Shown here one piece after another: positions 9,081 to 17,480 of a DNA stretch of 26,691 bases. This DNA is from Alphaproteobacteria bacterium. Its GTDB lineage: Bacteria > Pseudomonadota > Alphaproteobacteria > Rickettsiales > RI-342. The translations under genes were made by a program, and so were the position numbers. Location of the stretch: contig JADZBT010000136.1 in NCBI GenBank assembly GCA_020851915.1, forward strand, positions 1 to 26,691, given 5' to 3'. Each line of letters opens with the position of its first letter. Within the stretch, counting starts at the first letter, position 1. The notes under the pieces were generated by a model. The model saw nothing but the letters and a program-made list of their open reading frames with translations. It was not told the origin of the DNA and made no database searches.

Positions 9081-10586
9081 GCTTGTTCCCACCCGCGCGC
9101 GGAAGCTGAGGGCTTCGGCGATGTGGGGCTTGCGGAGTTGTTCTGCTCCTTCGAGGTCGGCGATGCTCAGGGCGACCTTCAGTACGCGGTGCATGCCGCG
9201 CATGGAAAGGCGCATTTTCTCGGCGGCCTGCGTCATCAGGGCGCGGCCTTCCGCGTCGGGCGCGGCGTATTCCTGTACCTTCTCGCCCGAGAGATGGGCG
9301 TTGAGGCGGTAGGGGGTTTTGTGGAAGCGCGCCTGCTGCCGCATGCGTGCGGCGCGTACCCGCGCGGCCACGGCGGCGGAGCTCTCAGCGGCGGCGGGCG
9401 TGAACATTTCCGCTACCGGAACTTCCGGCACTTCGACATGCAGATCGATGCGGTCGAGCAGTGGGCCGGAGAGGCGCGACTGATATTCGGACGCGCATTT
9501 GGGTGCGCGTCCGCAGCCGCGCCCGGCATCGCTGATATAGCCGCAGCGGCAGGGGTTCATTGCCGCCACCAGCTGGAAACGCGCGGGATATTCCACATGC
9601 GCCTGCGCGCGCGCTACCGCGACCGTGCCGGTCTCGATGGGCTGGCGCAGGGCTTCGAGCACCGCGCGCGGGAACTCCGGCAACTCATCGAGGAACAGCA
9701 CGCCGTTATGCGCGAGAGATATTTCCCCCGGCTTGGGGCGCTTGCCGCCACCCACCATGGCGGGCGTGGAGGTGGAATGATGCGGGTCGCGGTAGGGACG
9801 CGATGCACAGAGCTTTCCCGCCGTGAGCTTGCCCGCGACGCTCGCTATCATGCTGGTTTCCAGTATCTCCTCGGACGAGAGCGGCGGCAGGATGCCGGGC
9901 AGGCAGGAGGCCAGCAGCGATTTTCCCGAGCCGGGCGGGCCGGACATCAGCAGGTTGTGACCGCCTGCGGCGGCGATCTCCAAGGCGCGGCGTGCGGTTT
10001 CCTGTCCACGTATATCGGCGAGGTCGCGGTAGTGCGCGACGGCGGGTTCATCCACGCGGACGGGCGGCGAGAGCAGTTGCGTGCCACGGAAATGATTGAG
10101 CAGCGCCAGCAATGTGGCGGGGGCCAGTATGTCGAGGTTCCCGGCCCAGCAGGCCTCGCTGCCGTTCTCTGCCGGGCAGAGGATGCCGCGCCCGCGCTCC
10201 GCCGCGCCCATCGCGGCCGGTAGCACGCCCGCCACCGGCAGCAACGCGCCGTCGAGGGCCAGTTCGCCCAGCACGATATAGGGCGCGACCATGTCCTCGG
10301 GAACCACGCCCATCGCCATCAGGATGCCCAGCGCGATGGGCAGGTCGAAATGGGAGCCTTCCTTCTGCAGGTCGGCGGGCGAGAGGTTGACGGTGATGCG
10401 CTTGGCCGGAAGCGCCAGCCCCATCGCGGTGAGCGCGGCGCGCACCCGCTCGCGCGATTCGCCCACCGCCTTATCGGGAAGCCCCACGACCATGAAAGCC
10501 GGCAGGCCGCTGCCTATCTGCACCTGCACGTCGATGGGCGTGACCTCAAGGCCCTGGAACGTGACGGTGCTGACATGGGCGACCAT
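9078..10586 (-). CDS. comM: YifB/ComM family Mg-chelatase-like AAA+ ATPase
   Basis: VGLPDKAVGESRERV, TVNLSPADLQKEGSHFDLPIA, Walker A GPPGSGKS, GEISLAHNGVLFLDE, AMNPCRCG, SGPLLDRID. Confidence 0.95.
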   Translation of the reverse strand: MVAHVSTVTFQGLEVTPIDVQVQIGSGLPAFMVVGLPDKAVGESRERVRAALTAMGLALPAKRITVNLSPADLQKEGSHFDLPIALGILMAMGVVPEDMVAPYIVLGELALDGALLPVAGVLPAAMGAAERGRGILCPAENGSEACWAGNLDILAPATLLALLNHFRGTQLLSPPVRVDEPAVAHYRDLADIRGQETARRALEIAAAGGHNLLMSGPPGSGKSLLASCLPGILPPLSSEEILETSMIASVAGKLTAGKLCASRPYRDPHHSTSTPAMVGGGKRPKPGEISLAHNGVLFLDELPEFPRAVLEALRQPIETGTVAVARAQAHVEYPARFQLVAAMNPCRCGYISDAGRGCGRAPKCASEYQSRLSGPLLDRIDLHVEVPEVPVAEMFTPAAAESSAAVAARVRAARMRQQARFHKTPYRLNAHLSGEKVQEYAAPDAEGRALMTQAAEKMRLSMRGMHRVLKVALSIADLEGAEQLRKPHIAEALSFRARVGTS

Positions 10587-10593
10587 GGAAGCC

Positions 10594-11004
10594 CTATTTC
10601 TTCTTCAGCAGGTCGCGGATCTCTTCCAGCAGTTGTTCGGAACGGGGCGGGGCGGGCGGAGGAGCTGCTTCCTGCGTGCGGCGGAAGCGGTTGGCCTGCT
10701 TCACCAGCAGGAATACGGCGAAGGACACGATCAGGAAATTGATGACCGTGTTGAGGAATATCCCGTAATTGATGGTGGCGGCGCCTGCGGCCTTCGCGGC
10801 GGCGAGCGAGGCGTGTTCTTCGCCCGACAGGTCGAGGAAGAAGCCGGAGAAGTCGATGCCGCCCATGATCTTCCCGATCGGGGGCATGATGATGTCGGCC
10901 ACCAGCGAATTGACGATGCCGGTGAAGGCCGTGCCGATGATGATACCCACCGCGAGATCCAGCACGTTGCCGCGCGAGATGAACTCCTTGAACTCTTTCA
11001 GCAT
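10594..11004 (-). CDS. mscL: Large-conductance mechanosensitive channel
   Basis: MLKEFKEFISRGNVLDLAVGIIIG, YGIFLNTVINFLIV, LLEEIRDLL; SD GGGGAG. Confidence 0.98.
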   Translation of the reverse strand: MLKEFKEFISRGNVLDLAVGIIIGTAFTGIVNSLVADIIMPPIGKIMGGIDFSGFFLDLSGEEHASLAAAKAAGAATINYGIFLNTVINFLIVSFAVFLLVKQANRFRRTQEAAPPPAPPRSEQLLEEIRDLLKKK

Positions 11005-11080
11005 ATGCTCCCCGTAATGATCGTTGGTCCCAGTGCAACCATGAATAGTGTGATTGCCCGGCGATGGCAAGGGAGGAGTC

Positions 11081-11213
11081 GGGGGTTGGTTACACCCACT
11101 ATCGCGCCAGCAGGCCCCTCACCCCGACCCTCTCCCTATGGGAGAGGGAGAAAAAGCCCCTTCTCCCATAGGGAGAAGGCGAGGGATGAGGGGCCTGATC
11201 TATCGGTGTAAAC
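11081..11213. repeat. BoxC/REP-like doublet, left copy, with conserved flanks
   Basis: Core 11113-11197: ggcccctcaccccgaccctctccc-tat-gggagaggg...ccccttctccc-ata-gggagaaggcgagggatgaggggcctg. Flanks match the 13157-13290 copy in inverted orientation. Confidence 0.92.
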
Positions 11214-11270
11214 GCCCAACATGCACAAAAACCACATATTCTCCCGAAAACTCTAGAATTCCGCATCGTC

Positions 11271-11286
11271 TTAACAAATTCTTAAC
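11271..11286 (+). promoter_or_regulatory. CtrA-type binding site
   Basis: Exact TTAA-N7-TTAAC (ttaa caaattc ttaac) upstream of the sensor kinase. Confidence 0.65.
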
Positions 11287-11366
11287 AATTCTGTGTAACA
11301 TAACATGAGGTGGGAATGCGCCGTGGCGCGTTCCTGAAAGTCATGGTCATAGCCGGGTTATGTAGC

Positions 11367-13097
11367 ATGGTGTTACCGCCATTACGCACAGACAGCCGCC
11401 AGCCGATGATACGCAAGCTGATCGCGTTCAGCTCGATTATCATGCTGCTGTTCTGCGTGATCGTGGCGTATCAGGCGTCGCGCGCTTACGAGACCGCGCT
11501 GCGTAACAGCGAGACCAGCGCCACCCGCCTCGCCCATTCGCTGGCGGGGCATGTCGAGCTTACGTTCCGCGCGGTGGATCTGTCGCTCAAGCGCGCGGCG
11601 GAGTACCTGCATCATTATCCGCCCGGCGATGTTCCGCCCTCGAAGGAGATCGAGGATAGCTTCCGCCTGTGGGTCGCCGACGCTCCTCAGACGGTCGCCA
11701 TGTACATCACCGACACCTACGGCAATATCGTGATGTCGGCGGCGCAGAAGGGCTTCACCCGGTTGTTTTCCGACGGGGCCTCGGTAGCATCACGCCCCTT
11801 CTTCCGCGATACCCGCGAGCAGGGCGATGTATTCCTCTACGTAGGGACACAGGAGTTCGACGGAGCGCGCTACGTCATTATGAGCCGCAAATACTATGAC
11901 CACGCGGATCGTTTCGCCGGAATCGTGTTCGCTGTTGTGAATCCCGCCTATTTCAGCCAGTTCTTCCGCGCCATCGAATCCGGCAAGAAGAGCACGATGC
12001 TGCTTACCGAATATGACGGCCATCCGCTGCTTTCCAGCCCCGGCAGCGACGATGCGGCCACGCGCACCGTGCAGGACGCCATTGCGAAGGCCGCAGGCAC
12101 GGGCATGCAGAACACCGTAACCGCCCGTACCACAGTGGATCATGCGCTGGTGGTCTATTCCTATAAACGCCTCTGGAACCTGCCGGTCTATGTCGCGGCG
12201 ATACTCGACGAGGAGGATTTCCTCAGCGGATGGAGCAAGGACCGCGTGAAGGACATCGGCTTCCTCGCCATCTTTGCCATCTTTGGCTCGGTGCTGTCCT
12301 TCTTCGCCTTCACGCTCACCAAGCAGATCAGCCGCATCGAGGAATCCGAGGCCGCCGCCGTGCTGGCCAGCCAGGCCAAGTCCGAATTCCTCGCCAATAT
12401 GAGCCACGAGCTGCGTACACCGCTCAATGCCATCATCGGCTTCTCGGAGATGATCGATAACGGCTATTTCGGGCCGCTCAACACCAAGCAGAAAGAACGC
12501 GTGCGCGACATCAACCTGTGCGGCAACCATCTGCTGCAACTCATCAACGATATTCTCGATTTCTCCAAGGGTGACGCCGGCAAGATGGAATTGCAGGAAG
12601 AGGTGTTCTCCGTCGCCGACGTAGCGGAGGAATGTATCCGCATTATGAGCGAGCGCGCCCGCATGCAGGGCGTCGATCTCCAGATGGATGTGGCGGTGAA
12701 CCTCCCGCCGCTGATGGCCGACAAACGTAAGATCCGCCAGCTGCTCCTCAACCTGCTCAGCAACGCGGTGAAATTCACCCCCGAGGGCGGCCGCGTCATC
12801 GTGCGCGCCCGTATAGGGACGAACCGTATGCTGGTCATCACGGTGGAGGATACCGGCATCGGTATCGCCAAGGAAGACATCCCCAAGGCGATGTCGGTGT
12901 TCGGGCAGGTGCATCGCCGCGAGCACCCGGAGGGCACGGGATTGGGCCTGCCGCTCTGCCGCATGTTCGCCGAACTCCATGGCGGACAGTTGCGTCTGGA
13001 GAGCGAACCCAATGTCGGCACGAAAGTGCATATCCTCCTGCCGCCCGGCAGGCTGGTCACGCGCAGCATCCCCGCACAGGCCGCGATGGCGGTGTGA
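11367..13097 (+). CDS. Membrane sensor histidine kinase (periplasmic Cache/PDC-like domain; PleC/DivJ-like transmitter)
   Basis: Two TM helices flank a ~270-aa periplasmic domain; H-box EFLANMSHELRTPLNAIIGFSE, N-box NLLSNAVKFT, DTGIGI, GTGLGL. Start is uncertain (11310, 11316, 11367 or 11406). Confidence 0.93.
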   Translation: MVLPPLRTDSRQPMIRKLIAFSSIIMLLFCVIVAYQASRAYETALRNSETSATRLAHSLAGHVELTFRAVDLSLKRAAEYLHHYPPGDVPPSKEIEDSFRLWVADAPQTVAMYITDTYGNIVMSAAQKGFTRLFSDGASVASRPFFRDTREQGDVFLYVGTQEFDGARYVIMSRKYYDHADRFAGIVFAVVNPAYFSQFFRAIESGKKSTMLLTEYDGHPLLSSPGSDDAATRTVQDAIAKAAGTGMQNTVTARTTVDHALVVYSYKRLWNLPVYVAAILDEEDFLSGWSKDRVKDIGFLAIFAIFGSVLSFFAFTLTKQISRIEESEAAAVLASQAKSEFLANMSHELRTPLNAIIGFSEMIDNGYFGPLNTKQKERVRDINLCGNHLLQLINDILDFSKGDAGKMELQEEVFSVADVAEECIRIMSERARMQGVDLQMDVAVNLPPLMADKRKIRQLLLNLLSNAVKFTPEGGRVIVRARIGTNRMLVITVEDTGIGIAKEDIPKAMSVFGQVHRREHPEGTGLGLPLCRMFAELHGGQLRLESEPNVGTKVHILLPPGRLVTRSIPAQAAMAV

Positions 13098-13156
13098 GGG
13101 AGAGTCGAGAGTCGTGGAGACAAGGCGTTTCCCGAGTCACGCGAGTTTCATTACGT

Positions 13157-13290
13157 GTTTACATCGATAGATCTGGCCCCTCACCCTAACCCTCTCCCTA
13201 TGGGAGAGGGGATAAGAAAGCCCCTTCTCCCATAGGGAGAAGGCGGGGGATGAGGGGCCTGCGGGCGCGGTGGTGCAGGAGCCAACCCCA
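13157..13290. repeat. BoxC/REP-like doublet, right copy, with conserved flanks
   Basis: Core 13175-13261 is nearly identical in direct orientation to 11113-11197. gtttacatcgatagatc (13157-13173) is the reverse complement of 11197-11213 at 16/17 positions. Confidence 0.92.
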
Positions 13291-13304
13291 AAGATCTCTA
13301 ACCA

Positions 13305-14093
13305 CTAAACCCCCAACACATCCCGCATGGAATAGAGGCCGGGGGCTTTGCCTTCGCTCCATAGGGCCGCGCGTAAAGCGCCTCGGGCGAAGATGGAGCG
13401 GTTGGAGGCCCTGTGTGTGAGTTCGATGCACTCGCCGTCGGCCATGAAGGCGACCGTGTGCTCGCCCACCGCATCACCCGCGCGCCGTACGGAGAAGCCG
13501 ATGGCGCCCGGCTTCCGGCGACCGGTACGGTCGAGTGCCATGACCTCATCGAACTCCACGCCACGGCCCTTCGCCGCCGCGCGCCCCAGCGCCAATGCCG
13601 TGCCTGAGGGGGCGTCGACCTTCTGGCGGTGATGGAGGTCGGAGATCTCGATGTCGAAGCTCTCGTTGAGGATGCCCGCCAGCTGCGCGGTGATGCCCAG
13701 CAGCAGGTTCACCCCGACGCTCATGTTGGGGGCGTGGACGATAGCGATCTTCTTGGCATGCGCGGCAAGCTGCTGTTCCTGCTCCGGCGTGAAGCCGGTC
13801 GTGCCGGTGATGAACGGTACGCCGATCTCCGCCGCGATGCCCGCGCAGGCGATGCTCATCGTGGGCTCAGTGAAATCCACCACCGCATCGCTCTTGGTCA
13901 CCAGCGGCAGCAGCTCGGAGGTGATGGCCACACCCAGCGGCGTACCGCCGAACAGCACGCCGATATCGCGATCCACCGCCGGATGCCCGCGACGCGTCAT
14001 GGCGGCCGCCACGGCGATCTCCGGATGCGCGAAGGCCTCGCGCACCACCGCCTGGCCCATGCGGCCCGTACAACCCGTAATACCGATTTTCAT
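13305..14093 (-). CDS. dapB: 4-hydroxy-tetrahydrodipicolinate reductase
   Basis: GCTGRMG, DFT, GTTG, APNMSVGVN, HHRQKVDAPSGTA, GEHTV, FARGALRAA. Confidence 0.98.
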   Translation of the reverse strand: MKIGITGCTGRMGQAVVREAFAHPEIAVAAAMTRRGHPAVDRDIGVLFGGTPLGVAITSELLPLVTKSDAVVDFTEPTMSIACAGIAAEIGVPFITGTTGFTPEQEQQLAAHAKKIAIVHAPNMSVGVNLLLGITAQLAGILNESFDIEISDLHHRQKVDAPSGTALALGRAAAKGRGVEFDEVMALDRTGRRKPGAIGFSVRRAGDAVGEHTVAFMADGECIELTHRASNRSIFARGALRAALWSEGKAPGLYSMRDVLGV

Positions 14094-14107
14094 GGAGGGC
14101 TCCGTCC

Positions 14108-14181
14108 TAGAGATTAGAAGCTAGAAATTAGATGATAGAACCATACTATTCTAATTTCCAATTTCCAATTTCTAAATTCTA
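14108..14181. repeat. Inverted heptamer tandem array D (TAGAAAT family)
   Basis: tagagat tagaagc tagaaat tagatga tagaacc (14108-14142), 4-nt loop, tattcta atttcca atttcca atttcta aattcta (14147-14181). Confidence 0.92.
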
Positions 14182-15321
14182 CTCGCGCAGGTCGTCCCAG
14201 ATCTCTTTCACCTTGCTGAAGAATCCTTCGGATTCGGGGCTGGTCTTTTCGGAGAGCGTCTTGTCGAGCTGCTTGAGGAGGTCTTTCTGTTCCTTGGAGA
14301 GATGCACGGGCGTTTCCACCGTCGCATGCACATACATGTCGCCGCGCATGGTGGAGCGGATCACGCTCATGCCCTTGCCCTTGAGGCGGAAACGGTTGCC
14401 GGTCTGCGTGCCCGCCGGGATGGAGAGCTTGGTGCGCGTGCCGTCGATGGTGGGAACCTCGATGCTGCCGCCCAGCGCCGCCGTCGTCATGCGGATGGGC
14501 ACATGGCAATGGATGTCCGCGCCGTCGCGCCGGAACAGCGGGTGCGACTGGACCGAGAGGAAGATATAGAGGTCGCCGGCGGGGCCGTTCATGCTGCCCG
14601 CCTCGCCCTCGCCCGCGAGCCGGATGCGCGTGCCTTCCTCGACGCCCGCCGGGATGGTGACTGCCAGCGTCTTCTGCTTGCGGATGCGGCCGCTGCCGCC
14701 GCATTTGCGGCAGGGATCCTTGATGATCTGCCCACGGCCCTGACAGGACGCGCAGGCGCGCTCCATGGTGAAGAATCCTTGCTGACTGCGAACCTTTCCG
14801 GCTCCGTGACAAGTGGGGCATTCCTCGGGCTTGGTGTCTTTGCCCGCGCCCGTGCCGAGGCAGACCTCGCAGTTGACGGCGGTCGCCAGCGTGACGTTCT
14901 CCTGCTTGCCACGGAAGGCTTCTTCCAGCGATATTTCGAGATTGTAGCGCAGGTCGGAGCCGCGCCCCGCGCCGCCGCGCCCACGGCCCCGTGCGCCGCC
15001 GCCGCCGCCCATAAAATCGCCGAACAGGTCATCGAAGATGTCGGAGAAATTACCACGGAATTCGAACCCGCCCGCGCCGCCGCCGCCCATGCCACCTTCG
15101 AACGCCTGATGGCCGTAATGGTCATAGGCCGCGCGCTTCTGCTGGTCCTTCAGCACGTCGTAGGCTTCACTGATCTCTTTGAATTTCTGCTCGGCTTCCT
15201 TGTCGTCGGGATTGCGGTCGGGATGGTATTTCATTGCGAGCGCGCGGTAGGCCTTCTTCAACTCCGCCTCGTCCGCCCCACGCTGCACGCCCAGCACTTC
15301 GTAATAATCTTTTTTCGACAT
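14179..15321 (-). CDS. dnaJ: Molecular chaperone DnaJ
   Basis: J domain with HPD, G/F-rich region, four CxxCxGxG repeats, [13 protein letters not shown]. Confidence 0.99.
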   Translation of the reverse strand: MSKKDYYEVLGVQRGADEAELKKAYRALAMKYHPDRNPDDKEAEQKFKEISEAYDVLKDQQKRAAYDHYGHQAFEGGMGGGGAGGFEFRGNFSDIFDDLFGDFMGGGGGARGRGRGGAGRGSDLRYNLEISLEEAFRGKQENVTLATAVNCEVCLGTGAGKDTKPEECPTCHGAGKVRSQQGFFTMERACASCQGRGQIIKDPCRKCGGSGRIRKQKTLAVTIPAGVEEGTRIRLAGEGEAGSMNGPAGDLYIFLSVQSHPLFRRDGADIHCHVPIRMTTAALGGSIEVPTIDGTRTKLSIPAGTQTGNRFRLKGKGMSVIRSTMRGDMYVHATVETPVHLSKEQKDLLKQLDKTLSEKTSPESEGFFSKVKEIWDDLRE

Positions 15322-15341
15322 GTCTTGCCTGTTCTACACAA

Positions 15342-15373
15342 TGAAGCCCTCATCCCGGAAGATGAAGGCTTCA
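15342..15373. terminator. Hairpin in the dnaK-dnaJ spacer (possible attenuator or processing stem)
   Basis: tgaagcc-ctcatc-ccggaa-gatgaa-ggcttca; only a weak U-tract on the minus strand. Confidence 0.4.
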
Positions 15374-15388
15374 ACATGCGGTTAAAGA

Positions 15389-15411
15389 CCCTCTCCCCTT
15401 GTGGGAGAGGG
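15389..15411. repeat. Isolated BoxC/REP-like palindrome
   Basis: ccctctccc-cttgt-gggagaggg, the same stem as the cores at 11113 and 13175. Confidence 0.75.
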
Positions 15412-15417
15412 ACGACA

Positions 15418-17328
<1,911 letters not shown>

Positions 17329-17363
17329 GATTTCCTAGTCCCTTTGCTATTACCTTACAGGCT

Positions 17364-17391
17364 ATATAGGCAAGAATTCGCCCAATACAAC
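17364..17391 (-). promoter_or_regulatory. Putative sigma32 (RpoH) promoter of dnaKJ
   Basis: Minus strand reads GTTG-N17-CCTATAT, against the alphaproteobacterial RpoH consensus CTTG-N17/18-CYTATNT. Confidence 0.5.
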
Positions 17392-17480
17392 CTTTTTGAC
17401 CAGATTTTTTAACAAATCTGTAACCTGCGGCTGCTAGCCTTGTTCCCGTGGAAATCCGCATATAGGGCAGGAACCAGAAC

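Noticed and set aside
11316-11400. Tat-like MRRGAFLK at an upstream start of the kinase
   Set aside because: The spacing departs from RRxFLK, the start is uncertain, and Tat export does not fit a cytoplasmic transmitter topology.
13100-13152. gagagtc x2 and atctcta/accacta (13294-13307) as further heptamer arrays
   Set aside because: Only two units each, with no clear inverted arm; possible remnants but unsupported.
17329-17480. CIRCE (HrcA) operator upstream of dnaK
   Set aside because: No TTAGCACTC-N9-GAGTGCTAA match was found.
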